Of a stretch of DNA of 64,000 nt, positions 7,925 to 17,941 are shown in pieces. The stretch spans positions 64,001 to 128,000 of IMG/VR virus record IMGVR_UViG_3300031251_000002; one strand, 5' to 3'. Below the pieces are notes generated by a model. That model worked only from the letters and a program-made list of their open reading frames with translations, had not been told where the DNA came from and did not search any database. Both the position numbers and the translations under genes were made by a program. Every line of letters starts with the position of its first letter. The stretch's first letter is position 1. This DNA is from a virus.

Positions 7925-9889
7925 ATGAGCGTCCTCCGCGATACCGCGATCTTCTCTGGTTTCAAACTTACCGAAGGCGTTACTAACGCTACGACCGGGC
8001 GTAAGCCATTGGTTGTTGAAGGCGTTTTTCAACGTGCAGATGTTCTCAACGCTAATCACCGGGTTTACCCGAAGGCTCTTTGGGAGAAGGTTCTAACGAA
8101 CTCTTCGCTCAAGGAGGCTCTTAACAACCGCCGCATGTTCGGTGAAGTCGATCACCCAGCGGATTGGCGTATGGCGCTTGCTCGTACATCACATGTCATC
8201 ACTGACCTGAAGATGGACGAGAGTGGCAACATCATCGGTAAGGCAGAAATCCTCCCGACCCCGACTGGCCTTGTTCTAGAAGCGATTCTACGGGCTGGCT
8301 GTGAGGTTGGCATTTCTTCGCGTGGAACCGGCTCAACATCCTCGACCAACGAAGGTCATGAGGTTGTTGGTGAAGACTACCAGCTAGAGACCTTTGATTT
8401 CGTAGCAACACCCTCGACACCGGGGGCGTATCCGAAAATGGTTATGGAGACTATGGAACGCGCCCAAGCGATGGAAGCGCGGATCATGGATAGTTTATTT
8501 AAGTCTGTTACCCCTGCGAAGAAGGAGGAGGTTAATGAGATGAGTCTTGATGGCTACCGTGCCTTGGAGCGCGAAGCCTCAGAACTGATCCGGATCAAGG
8601 TCAAAGGCATTGATGCTGCGACCCGTACTCTCGTTCTCAATAAGATCGAAGAGACCATGGGCAAGGTGATCAAGGCTGGTGAGGCGGATAAGACCGTCGC
8701 CGTCCTGTCCGAGTCAATGCTGAAGTCGCTTGAGAAGAAGCGTTCCAAGCTATCGCCGGTTACGGAAGAGGATGTTCTACCACAGGAAACCAACGTTCCT
8801 GATTACTCTAGTGCGGCTGCGGACAAGCTAGAGGATGACGGTGACGATGATGCTGATGACAAGGAAGCCGACGACGAGAAGTCGTCCAAAGAGGAAAATC
8901 GCGCAATGAAAAAGTTCAATCGTCTCTTTACTGAAGACGATGACATGCCCGAGTTCCTTAAGAAGAAGGCTGACAAGGCTGACGGCAAAGACAGCGATGA
9001 CAAGGACGAGGCTGAAGAGGTGAGCAGCGCGGACTCCAATTCTCCGATGGAGGATGAGGAGACGGCGGGTGAAGTTACTTCTGACATCAACGCCGAGATC
9101 CCGAACGTTTCCGCTGAGTCGATTGACCGCCGCGTGTCCGCATTCCTTAGGGAAGAGATGCCAGACAACTTCAAGAAGGATGACGACAAGGACAGCGATG
9201 ACGACGACGACAAGGACGAAGACGCTGCTTCTGAGTATTCACCTGAGAAGCCTGTCAACTCATCGGATGACATCGTGACCGCTACCGAGTCGGATATCCG
9301 TGGCTTGATGAAGGTTCTTTCCAAGAACCCGGCCAAGCTGGAGTCCTTCATCCGTGGAACCATCAAGATGGTTAACGCGGAGCGCAAGGCTCGTCGCGTA
9401 TCGGAAGCCAAGGCCATCAAGTTTGGCAAGGTTGCCGAGGCCGTGATCAAACGCCACAAGAAGGCGTCCAAGGTCAACGAGGCCGCTGGTCCGCTAGCTG
9501 CCAAGTACAAGTTCGTTTGCGAGGCTGTGGCCGAGCTACAGCGTCGTTATTTCTCTCTCAAGAACAAGTTCCTCATCTCAGAGGCCCTGATCGAAGCGGG
9601 CGTTCCGAGCAAGGAGCGGGCGGAATGGGTTCAGACTCTCTCGACCCTGACCACACGCGAGCAGCTTGTCCGTGGTATTCAGAAGGTAAAAGCGCTCTAC
9701 ACCGAGGAGGACGAGAAGCCATCCGACGACAAGAAGGATGACGAGCAGTCTGACGAGAAGAGCGAGTCTACAAAACAGCCGAAACCGGGCGCAGAGAATC
9801 TCTCTGAGTCCAAAGACAAGCACGACATCTTCATTACCGAAGGTGCCGCAATTTTTGCAAACGCCCGCTCAAAGCGTGGCTTGCGCTAA
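7925..9889 (+). CDS. Prohead protease (T4 gp21-like) fused to an acidic scaffold/core region
   Basis: EGVFQRADVLNANHRVYP, GEVDHP, SHVIT, GISSRGTGS, FDFVATPSTPGA; long D/E/K-rich C-terminus; directly upstream of the capsid gene. Confidence 0.92.
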   Translation: MSVLRDTAIFSGFKLTEGVTNATTGRKPLVVEGVFQRADVLNANHRVYPKALWEKVLTNSSLKEALNNRRMFGEVDHPADWRMALARTSHVITDLKMDESGNIIGKAEILPTPTGLVLEAILRAGCEVGISSRGTGSTSSTNEGHEVVGEDYQLETFDFVATPSTPGAYPKMVMETMERAQAMEARIMDSLFKSVTPAKKEEVNEMSLDGYRALEREASELIRIKVKGIDAATRTLVLNKIEETMGKVIKAGEADKTVAVLSESMLKSLEKKRSKLSPVTEEDVLPQETNVPDYSSAAADKLEDDGDDDADDKEADDEKSSKEENRAMKKFNRLFTEDDDMPEFLKKKADKADGKDSDDKDEAEEVSSADSNSPMEDEETAGEVTSDINAEIPNVSAESIDRRVSAFLREEMPDNFKKDDDKDSDDDDDKDEDAASEYSPEKPVNSSDDIVTATESDIRGLMKVLSKNPAKLESFIRGTIKMVNAERKARRVSEAKAIKFGKVAEAVIKRHKKASKVNEAAGPLAAKYKFVCEAVAELQRRYFSLKNKFLISEALIEAGVPSKERAEWVQTLSTLTTREQLVRGIQKVKALYTEEDEKPSDDKKDDEQSDEKSESTKQPKPGAENLSESKDKHDIFITEGAAIFANARSKRGLR

Positions 9890-9904
9890 CCGGAGGAAGA
9901 TTCA

Positions 9905-11314
9905 ATGGCCGACCTTTTTGAATCAGTCCTAAGCAAAGGTAAGCACCTTGCCGAGAACGACTGGCGGGCTTACTTTGCTGCACAGGACGGCACCCTAGCT
10001 CTAGATGAGTCTAGCCGTGCGTTGACTGCCTATCTCCTAGAGGTAGAAAAGCAGTACATCAAGAATCTTGATGAGGACACGCGAATTGCCTCAATCGGAT
10101 CTTTCGAGAAGTACGTCTTCCCGATCATCCGTGCGGTATTCCCGAACCTCGTCGCAACCGAGCTAGTCTCGGTTCAGCCCATGCAGGGACCAACCTCGTT
10201 GGTGTTCTACATGGACTTCAAGGCTGGATCCAAGAAGGGTTCAGTCAACCTCGGTGACACGCTTATCTCGTCCCGTACGGGTCAGCAGGCGTCCACCAGC
10301 TACTCAGGCGAGCTAGTTGACGCTGAGCAGGCTTACACGGGCGACGGCGCGACGGTTACCTTCACGGGTGCCAACCTGTCGTACTTCCCGCTTCGTCCTC
10401 TGTCGATCACGGTCAGCACCCTCGTTGGCGCTGTCCTGAAGACGGCTGTTGACGATGGCAATGGCAACCTCGTTGGTGCTGGTTACACGACCGGCGCTGG
10501 CGAAAACACCATCAACTACTCCACTGGCGCAATCAACCTCAAGTTCTCGGTTGCTCCGGATTCCAACGCGATCACCGTTGCGTACAACTACGCTTCGGAA
10601 GCTTCACTACAGGTTCCGCAGATTGATGTCAGCATCACCTCGGTCCCGGTGACGGCTCGTCCGCGTAAGCTCCGTGCCCGTTGGTCAGTTGAAGCCGCTG
10701 CCCAGCTTCGCGCCGTTCACGGTGCGGACGTTGAGACAGAAGTAACAACGGCCATGGCCGAAGAGATCCGTTTCGACATCGACCGCGAGATCATCAACGA
10801 TCTCACCACGGTTGCTGCCGCTCCGGACAACTCGACCCACGATTTCTGGTTCTACACCGCCGCGCCGACCGGCATCTCGTTCTTTGAACACAAGATGACG
10901 ATCCTCGATACGTTCATCGCTCACTCCAACTACATCTTCAGCCAGACGCGCCGTGCAACTGGTAACTGGATCGTAGCTGGCGTCAACGTTTGCTCGATCA
11001 TCGAGTCGCTCCCAGTGTTCAAGGCGATCTCGGTAACCGGTTCGGGCGTTGTGTACATGGGCGACCTCATGGGCCGTTGGAGGGTCTACAAGGATCCTTA
11101 CATGGCTACCGACTCGTTCCTCGTTGGTCACCGTGGTGCGTCGTACATGGACACGGGCTACATCTACGCTCCGTGGATCCCGCTGTACACGACTCCTACC
11201 GTGTACCTCGATGACTTTGTTGGCCGTAAGGGTCTCCTGACTGAGTACGCGAAGAAGATCGTCAACGGTCTCTTCTACACTCAGGGCCACATCGTTCACG
11301 GTTCACACCCGTAA
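9905..11314 (+). CDS. Major capsid protein (T4 gp23-like)
   Basis: FPIIRAVFPNLVATELVSVQPMQGPTSLVFYMDF, RKLRARWSVEAAAQLRAVHG, IDREII, GYIYAPWIPL; GGAGG SD. Confidence 0.95.
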   Translation: MADLFESVLSKGKHLAENDWRAYFAAQDGTLALDESSRALTAYLLEVEKQYIKNLDEDTRIASIGSFEKYVFPIIRAVFPNLVATELVSVQPMQGPTSLVFYMDFKAGSKKGSVNLGDTLISSRTGQQASTSYSGELVDAEQAYTGDGATVTFTGANLSYFPLRPLSITVSTLVGAVLKTAVDDGNGNLVGAGYTTGAGENTINYSTGAINLKFSVAPDSNAITVAYNYASEASLQVPQIDVSITSVPVTARPRKLRARWSVEAAAQLRAVHGADVETEVTTAMAEEIRFDIDREIINDLTTVAAAPDNSTHDFWFYTAAPTGISFFEHKMTILDTFIAHSNYIFSQTRRATGNWIVAGVNVCSIIESLPVFKAISVTGSGVVYMGDLMGRWRVYKDPYMATDSFLVGHRGASYMDTGYIYAPWIPLYTTPTVYLDDFVGRKGLLTEYAKKIVNGLFYTQGHIVHGSHP

Positions 11315-11339
11315 TAGTCTCTAGTTACTCGGTTCATCT

Positions 11340-11376
11340 GGGGCGGCGGTAGATAGTCCGCCGCCCCTTTTCTTTT
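11340..11376 (+). terminator. Intrinsic terminator after the capsid gene
   Basis: GGGGCGGCGG/CCGCCGCCCC stem followed by TTTTCTTTT. Confidence 0.85.
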
Positions 11377-11386
11377 AGGGGGCGCT

Positions 11387-12130
11387 GTGCAGCTATCACG
11401 CGGACAGTTAAACGCCTATCTGTTGAGAAAGCTAGGTCAGCCCTTTTTCAAGGTTGAGCTAGACGAGGATCAACTCAACGACGCGGTAGTGGATGCCCTG
11501 CTGTGCTACAGCCGGTGGAAGCCGGTTCGTCTGTACCGTGCCTTTGCCGGTCAGAACGGCATTCTGAAGCTTGACTCAACTACGACACCAGCAGTTCCGG
11601 TCGGTGCCAACGGCATCCTTGACTGGAGCTTTGTTAACAATCTCGCGCAGGGGAACCCGAACATTGAGTCCCAGATGTTGTCTGGGACATTCGCGTACTA
11701 TGGCGTTCGGTCACCTCTGTACGACCTTCGCTTCCTAGAGTACCAGCGCGAGTGGATCCGCTTTGCGGGTAAGGCGCTGAACTCCTACCCGGACCTTGCC
11801 TTCCGTCTCAATGAAGAAACCGGTGTGCCAACGCTGTGGCTCTACTCGCCCGGTGCGGCCACGGACTTTGATGTGACGTTCTCGATGCAGCACACGCCCG
11901 ATCTCAAGAGCATCCCGGACTTCGATGAGCCACGGATCAAGGGTCTGGCTCTTGCGGCAGCGAAGAAGACTTTGGGTCAGATTCGTTCTAAGTACGACAA
12001 GATTCTTGTCGCCAATACGACCATGCAGCTTAATGGTCCTGCCCTTGTTACTGAAGGTGAGGAAGAGTGGAATGCTGAAGAGAGCCGCCTGATCAAGTCG
12101 GTTGCGGATCAGATTCCAATCTGGGTCTAA
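11387..12130 (+). CDS. Neck/head-completion protein (T4 gp13-like)
   Basis: YLLRKLGQP..KVELDEDQL.DAV; LALAAAKKTLGQIRSKY..LNG.AL..EG.EE. Confidence 0.85.
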   Translation: MQLSRGQLNAYLLRKLGQPFFKVELDEDQLNDAVVDALLCYSRWKPVRLYRAFAGQNGILKLDSTTTPAVPVGANGILDWSFVNNLAQGNPNIESQMLSGTFAYYGVRSPLYDLRFLEYQREWIRFAGKALNSYPDLAFRLNEETGVPTLWLYSPGAATDFDVTFSMQHTPDLKSIPDFDEPRIKGLALAAAKKTLGQIRSKYDKILVANTTMQLNGPALVTEGEEEWNAEESRLIKSVADQIPIWV

Positions 12131-12131
12131 T

Positions 12132-14267
12132 ATGGCACGACTAGCAGTAGACATCCCTATCGGTTCGCTGGCAACCTACGTCTATCCGGGCGGATATGAC
12201 TCCACCAAGCTCGGCCTTGGCCCGCTCATGCGGCAGGACTCATCCGGGTTCGTTGGGCCGTATACGACAGTTGTTGGCCATCCGGTTGAGCAGACGACAA
12301 ACGTTCCGTCCTTCATGCCGTGGGCCATGCAGTGGTCCAGCACGATTGACTGGATCTTTCTTGCGGATCAGGCTGCGGCTGGAACGACCCGTCGAATCAA
12401 CTACTACACCTACAACCGGTCTACTGGTGTCCTGAACTGGGCTGGCTGCATCATCACTACTCCGCCTTCAGGAACCAACCACACGATCCGTGCGCTTCGT
12501 ATGACCTACGACCTCCATACGGTCGGAACGGTTGCTGTCACTGGAACTACAGTGACTGGGACTTCAACCAAGTTCTCAACGGATCGTGCGTGTGTCGGTA
12601 ACCGCATTGGCTTTGGCAGCACGGATCCTACGCAGATTGTTACTTGGTACGAAATCTCTGCCATCGGTAGCGACAGTTCGATCACCCTGACGACCTCGGC
12701 TGGGACCATCGGATCCGGCTCCACATACGTGATCGAGGATCTTCGCGCAGTTACCCTGAACACGGCTGCGACTACGACAAACGGCGGCATGTTCGTGACC
12801 AAGGGCCTACGGCCCGAGATTTTCATTCAGACGACTGGAACCACCGTTGCCGCCGCTACGACGGTTGATAATGCCCGCTTTACGTACTGGCTTGCGGATG
12901 CTTCTACTGTTACCAATATCACCGGATTCGGTCTGGCGTTGCCGCCTGTTGTGGACAAGCAGACACAGTATGCGTACGCGCTCGATACGGTCGCCAACCC
13001 CGTCTGCTTCAAGTACAACCTTCGCGCTGCCCTGTCCTTGACCGCCGGTAAGGACACAACGTCTCTTGTGTTCAAGACTGGCTCGGGTGGTGCGCTTTCT
13101 GGTACAGCGTCACAGGTTAACAATGCTCGCTATGCCTCGACCAACCATGGTCCGGGGAACGGTTTGAACTGTATCTACTTCACGACGACAACCAAGATTT
13201 ATCGAACCAACGATGTTTCGACGTTCTCAGCCGCCTCTACGACATGGGTGGCCGACTCGGCTTCGGAGATTCCGCCGGGTGGCGTGAATACGTTTGCCGC
13301 TTCGTCGCTGATGAACTGCATCGAGTATTCATCGTTGATTGACCGTTTCGTTATTGCGGTCAACGCGACAACAACTCCGTTTCGCTCCTACCTAACCCAG
13401 TACCGCACCGATGCTGGCCAGTTTGATCAGGCGTTCGGGCTTGATAACCGCCAGATCGACCAAACGACCGTTGACTCCACCACGACCCCGGTTCCTACAT
13501 TGACGGGTGGCCCGTATACGATTTGGGAGACGGCTGGACTGTGTTACTTGGCGGGCATCGGTACGACTGCAATCACCAACCGCCTGTACGTTGTTCCGTT
13601 GCTGGCGGACTGGGAGTACGCTTCGGTCTCTAACTGTCGCGTGGTCTTTCCGGCCATCTCGACGCCGAATGCCAACAAGTACGTTCGTGCGTACGCTTGC
13701 ACAGACGAGATCATTGGAACTGGAACCTCTGGACACAATTTGGGGTTGCCGACTGAAGCGTATCGGATGTACTACCGAACCTCAGGCATCTCTGACAACT
13801 CTGGCTCTTGGACGCTGCTTGGAGATTCACATGATCTGACAGGCGTTGCTGGGGCGTCACAGATTCAGTTGATGGCTGAGTTCCGCATGCTCGGACCCAT
13901 CATGATTCCGGCCCGTCTTCTTGTGGTCGGGGTTGTCTATGACGACCTGACGACAGATTCCCACTACCAGCCTTCTGCCACGCTTTCCTCTGCTTCGACC
14001 AAGAAGTTCGCATGGCGCTTCTCGACTGCGTTTGGAACCACGGTTCCAGCCTTGCGAGTTCGGTTGATAGATGCGGTCTCGGGTGGCGTGTACGTAGACG
14101 ATAACACGGGCGCTCCGACTGGAACCTTTGAGGCGTCTACGAACGGCGGCTCTACGTGGTCGGCGTGGACGAATGCCGACAAGGGCAACGATACGACGTA
14201 CCTCCGGTACACCCCGGCTTCGCTTGGGGACAACCTGACCATTCGTGCGTTGTTGACGCTGAACTAA
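12132..14267 (+). CDS. Large Thr/Ser-rich beta protein, putative fibre tip or receptor-binding component
   Basis: 711 aa from ATG 12132; contains a GTVAVTGTTVTGTSTKF fibre-type motif. Confidence 0.55.
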   Translation: MARLAVDIPIGSLATYVYPGGYDSTKLGLGPLMRQDSSGFVGPYTTVVGHPVEQTTNVPSFMPWAMQWSSTIDWIFLADQAAAGTTRRINYYTYNRSTGVLNWAGCIITTPPSGTNHTIRALRMTYDLHTVGTVAVTGTTVTGTSTKFSTDRACVGNRIGFGSTDPTQIVTWYEISAIGSDSSITLTTSAGTIGSGSTYVIEDLRAVTLNTAATTTNGGMFVTKGLRPEIFIQTTGTTVAAATTVDNARFTYWLADASTVTNITGFGLALPPVVDKQTQYAYALDTVANPVCFKYNLRAALSLTAGKDTTSLVFKTGSGGALSGTASQVNNARYASTNHGPGNGLNCIYFTTTTKIYRTNDVSTFSAASTTWVADSASEIPPGGVNTFAASSLMNCIEYSSLIDRFVIAVNATTTPFRSYLTQYRTDAGQFDQAFGLDNRQIDQTTVDSTTTPVPTLTGGPYTIWETAGLCYLAGIGTTAITNRLYVVPLLADWEYASVSNCRVVFPAISTPNANKYVRAYACTDEIIGTGTSGHNLGLPTEAYRMYYRTSGISDNSGSWTLLGDSHDLTGVAGASQIQLMAEFRMLGPIMIPARLLVVGVVYDDLTTDSHYQPSATLSSASTKKFAWRFSTAFGTTVPALRVRLIDAVSGGVYVDDNTGAPTGTFEASTNGGSTWSAWTNADKGNDTTYLRYTPASLGDNLTIRALLTLN

Positions 14268-14440
14268 TGGCCTTGACTGACATCGTTTTTGGCGAGGGCG
14301 ACGAGGCGGGGTTTCTGGTGCAGACCGGAACGGGAAGCTATTCAGGCACCCTGACTGACGCCGTAACGAACGAGACGATGACTACTAAGGTTCCTCTTAG
14401 CGGAGGAGCGCCCTCAGGCTCCGTCATTCAGGTGTCGTAA
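14267..14440 (+). CDS. Small hypothetical protein (57 aa)
   Basis: TAATG coupling at both ends; MALTDIVFGEG... Confidence 0.55.
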   Translation: MALTDIVFGEGDEAGFLVQTGTGSYSGTLTDAVTNETMTTKVPLSGGAPSGSVIQVS

Positions 14441-14961
14441 TGGCCGTTCGGCGCTCCACCCCACTGATCGTGAGCTTCGCAGCGATTGACAGTTCCCTGC
14501 GCCCTGCGCGTAAGACGGGGATTACCTTCTCATCCGGGGACAGCAAGATTTCCAAGGATGGGGGTTCGTTCGCCAACACCGGGAATCTGCCTGCTGAGAT
14601 TGGTTCGACGGGGAGGTATTCGCTTTCTCTGTCGGCGGCGGAAGCAAACGCGGCATGGGTCCATGTCTCGGTTGAGCATACGGGCATGGATCCCGTGGAC
14701 ATCACCATCGGTACGAACGCTGATCCGTCTGGCTCAGTAGTTTCCAACGGGGGTAACACTGCCTCGACCTTCAAAACAGATCGCTCTGAAGCGACGACTG
14801 ACTTTTGGAAGGATGCCCTCCTACTCTTCACTTCTGGCTCCTTGGCAGGGCAGGTCAAGAAAGTCTCGGCCTTTGACGGGACTACCAAGTTCGTCACTCT
14901 GTCTTCAGCCTTCACAGCGGCTCCATCAGCCGCTGACCTGTTTGTGTTGATCAACGCATGA
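14440..14961 (+). CDS. Putative fibre cap/adaptor protein, paralog of 24554..25342
   Basis: SKDGGSFANTGN..EIGSTGRYSLSLSAAEAN motif shared with 24554. Confidence 0.6.
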   Translation: MAVRRSTPLIVSFAAIDSSLRPARKTGITFSSGDSKISKDGGSFANTGNLPAEIGSTGRYSLSLSAAEANAAWVHVSVEHTGMDPVDITIGTNADPSGSVVSNGGNTASTFKTDRSEATTDFWKDALLLFTSGSLAGQVKKVSAFDGTTKFVTLSSAFTAAPSAADLFVLINA

Positions 14962-15878
14962 GCTTCATCCTTTTCGATAGCTTCCAGACTGGGACGACCT
15001 ACGACATGTCGCTGGACATGGGGGCTGTTACTTCCGGCTTCTCTAACGCCGAGAACCTCAGTGCGGTTGGTAGCCTTGGGCTAGCTGCCGCTTCCGGTCT
15101 CACGGAGATCAGCGATCTCACGGCTGTCAGTGCCCTTTCGCTTTCTGCCATCCCGGCTATCTCGGAGACGGGCCTGCTGCTCCTGTTCCCGATCCTAGGG
15201 TTGCCTGCGACCTCGGACTTCGGGGAGTCTTCCTCCCTCCTGACTGCCGGTTCGACTAACTTATCGGCCACGACGGGCATGGGCCAGAGTGGTGGCCTTA
15301 TCGCTCTGGGGGCCTTGAGCCTTGGCGTGTCGGCAGCGTTGGCCGATAGCGGTGGACTGCTGCTAGAGGGCACCCTATCGCTCCCTGCCTCGTCTGCGCT
15401 TTCTCAGACTCAGACAGCGGCTTTGGGCGCTGCCGTAGCGTTCTCGGGCGCTTCTGGGCTGGCTGAAGCCTCTACATTGGCCGCTATTTCGTCCCTGAGC
15501 CTCCCTGCGGCCTCCGGGCTGCTTGGAGGGGGCCTTCTGGCCGCTGTTGCCTCTTTGCCCCTCTCAGCGGCTTCTGGCCTGTCCGAGACGGGCGGGTTGG
15601 CGTTCTCGGCTACGCTGGAACTAGACGCCACCTCGGCCTTTAACAGCTTGCCGGGATTGGCCTTCGATGTCGCTACGCAGCTTTCCGTAGCTGCCGATAC
15701 GGTAGTAATCAATGTGGTTAATTTTTCAAGCATTTTGACCCTAACGGGTATCTCGGGTTGGATTATTGATAGTGAGGTTTCAGGCGCAGCGCCGCCCTCT
15801 GCAACTTACAAGCTTCCGCTGTCCATGGTGTTGGATGCCCCGGCCCCATTTCAAGCGGTGATTCGTAGAACGAAATAA
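14958..15878 (+). CDS. 20-aa-period repeat protein (13 repeats), putative fibre ruler
   Basis: LxLxAxxxL units recurring every 20 residues. Confidence 0.65.
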   Translation: MSFILFDSFQTGTTYDMSLDMGAVTSGFSNAENLSAVGSLGLAAASGLTEISDLTAVSALSLSAIPAISETGLLLLFPILGLPATSDFGESSSLLTAGSTNLSATTGMGQSGGLIALGALSLGVSAALADSGGLLLEGTLSLPASSALSQTQTAALGAAVAFSGASGLAEASTLAAISSLSLPAASGLLGGGLLAAVASLPLSAASGLSETGGLAFSATLELDATSAFNSLPGLAFDVATQLSVAADTVVINVVNFSSILTLTGISGWIIDSEVSGAAPPSATYKLPLSMVLDAPAPFQAVIRRTK

Positions 15879-15886
15879 GGAGATTT

Positions 15887-16453
15887 ATGGATTTCACGCA
15901 TAAGAGCAAGAGCGACATGGGACAGGCAGCGGGGCTGGAAGCGGGTGCGTCTTCCTCTCTCGGGGCTTCTCCTCACACACACTACAAGGTTGAGTGCTTC
16001 GCTCCAGACGGTTCACTTCGTTGGGTTGAGGACTTCGACAACATCGTAGTCACGGCTGGCAAGAACATCCTCCTAGACTCGACTATCAAGACGGGTGTTA
16101 CCTCACCAACATGGTATGTCGGTCTGAAGGATACGGGCACCGTGTCTGCCGCTGACACCATGGCCTCGCACTCGGGCTGGGCTGAGCTTGGCGCTTCGAC
16201 ACCAACGTACTCAAACGCCACGCGCCCTGCCTTCACACCGGGTTCGATTTCAGCCGGTTCGGTTGACAACTCGGGAGCCAAGGCTGTGTTCAACATCAAT
16301 GCGACCCGGACTGTCTACGGGTGCTTCCTAGCGAACAACAGCACGGTTGATGGAACGACAGGCACGTTGTACGGAGCGGGCGATTTTGCCTCCTCCCGTT
16401 CGGTTATTTCGGGCGATACACTAAATGTCACAGTTACTTTGACAATCACTTAA
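15887..16453 (+). CDS. Putative major fibre subunit
   Basis: Strong AAGGAG SD; followed by a terminator; NIVVTAGKN.LL..WYVGL..GDTLNVTVTLT. Confidence 0.6.
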   Translation: MDFTHKSKSDMGQAAGLEAGASSSLGASPHTHYKVECFAPDGSLRWVEDFDNIVVTAGKNILLDSTIKTGVTSPTWYVGLKDTGTVSAADTMASHSGWAELGASTPTYSNATRPAFTPGSISAGSVDNSGAKAVFNINATRTVYGCFLANNSTVDGTTGTLYGAGDFASSRSVISGDTLNVTVTLTIT

Positions 16454-16478
16454 ATCGCCAGACAGATTGTGAGTTCAT

Positions 16479-16513
16479 GCTGCTGGCGTCCCGTTTGGAC
16501 GCCAGCGGTTTTT
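16479..16513 (+). terminator. Intrinsic terminator
   Basis: CTGCTGGCGTCC/GGACGCCAGCGG stem plus TTTTT. Confidence 0.8.
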
Positions 16514-16532
16514 AGACTGAAGGACTTCGCTG

Positions 16533-17495
16533 ATGGCGGTTAGTTATTTCATTGCCCCGCCGGGGGTTTCTTTTGGTGACTCCACCTTAGGAAACACCGC
16601 TGGTGACACGGGGACAGTCGGGGGCCGACTCGTCCTTGCCGGTGGCAATAACATAACCCTGAGCGGCTCGTCCTCGGGCGCGTCACTAACCCTGACGATT
16701 TCGGGGCCGAACGGCGGGGGTGCAGGTGTTTCGACACTTGGCAACACGCTAGGCGCGACCGGAACTGTCGGTGGCCAGCTAGTCTTTGCTGGTGGTAGCA
16801 ACATCACGCTGAGCCAGTCTACGAATGGCAACTCAGCAACCATCACAATCCTAGGGGTCAACCCTTCGGCTGGCACTCAGACAGCCGGTATCTCCAACCT
16901 AGGTAACACGCTTGGCACCTCCGGTGTCATCACCGGTTCGGCCATTGAACTAGTCTTTGCGGGTGGTAACAACATTACGTTGAGCCAGAGTCTCAACGGT
17001 AGCTCGGCCACGATCACAGTTATCGGTCCGACTATCGCCTCATCTTTGACAGCAATCAACCTTTCGGCAGGTACGACAAGTAACAACCTATCTGCCTTCG
17101 TTCTGAGTAACTCAAACAACATCAGTTTTGGTCTCAACGGGTCAACGATCACAGCGATAGTAACCGTTGCCTCCAGTCTGACGGCGATCAATGTTTCGGC
17201 AGGTACGACCAGTAACAATCTCTCGGCTCTCAGTTTCAACAACGCTAACGGGGTCACCTTTGGACTCAATGCCTCGACAATCACCGCTTCGGTCGCTGCT
17301 CAGTCAAACCAGACTCTCGGCATGTATGCCATTGGGACTACGGCAGGGGCGGCGTCATCAACAACTATGGATGCGCGTAGCATCTCGTTCTCTGCATTTG
17401 GACCAATGAGTTTAGGCTTTTCAGCATCGTCGGTTTTGTTGTCGCTTGATGGCGCACTGTATAGCCCGATGCATGCATTTTTAGGAGGCATCTAA
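16533..17495 (+). CDS. Ser/Thr/Asn/Gly-rich repeat fibre protein 1
   Basis: LVFAGGNNITLS and SAGTTSNNLSA repeats; ends HAFLGGI. Confidence 0.7.
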   Translation: MAVSYFIAPPGVSFGDSTLGNTAGDTGTVGGRLVLAGGNNITLSGSSSGASLTLTISGPNGGGAGVSTLGNTLGATGTVGGQLVFAGGSNITLSQSTNGNSATITILGVNPSAGTQTAGISNLGNTLGTSGVITGSAIELVFAGGNNITLSQSLNGSSATITVIGPTIASSLTAINLSAGTTSNNLSAFVLSNSNNISFGLNGSTITAIVTVASSLTAINVSAGTTSNNLSALSFNNANGVTFGLNASTITASVAAQSNQTLGMYAIGTTAGAASSTTMDARSISFSAFGPMSLGFSASSVLLSLDGALYSPMHAFLGGI

Positions 17496-17920
17496 TGCCG
17501 TTCACGCAGAACATCAACCCCACGTTTCCCAAGCAGCCACAGAACGGGAAGATCCAGATCCTCAACGGAACTGGAACAGCGAACGTCACGGTCTACACCG
17601 CTGGCGCGAGCGGCACCAAGGTGGTTGCGATCCTAGTCTCCAGTACGGACACCTCGCCCCGCGATGTCCAGATCAAGGTTACCAACGGCGGCACCGACTA
17701 CGTTTTGGGCACCAAGACCATTCCCGCCAACTCGGGAACTGCTGCCGGAACTGCCGCAGTGAACCTTCTTGACCCGAACGTAATCGTCGGTCTTCCGCTA
17801 GATAGTGACGGCAACCCGTTCATCTATCTGATCTCAGGGGACACCTTGACCGCTGCCGCGCTGACTACAGTGACTTCGGCTAAGGCAATCAACATCAACG
17901 CGGTTGTGGCTGACTTCTAA
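17495..17920 (+). CDS. Small fibre adaptor protein A, paralog of 19972..20394
   Basis: YTAGASGTKV..STDTS.R..GGTDY..GT..IP..G..YL.SG shared with 19972. Confidence 0.65.
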   Translation: MPFTQNINPTFPKQPQNGKIQILNGTGTANVTVYTAGASGTKVVAILVSSTDTSPRDVQIKVTNGGTDYVLGTKTIPANSGTAAGTAAVNLLDPNVIVGLPLDSDGNPFIYLISGDTLTAAALTTVTSAKAININAVVADF

Positions 17921-17941
17921 AGTCTAGATAGAGAGTTAAAA

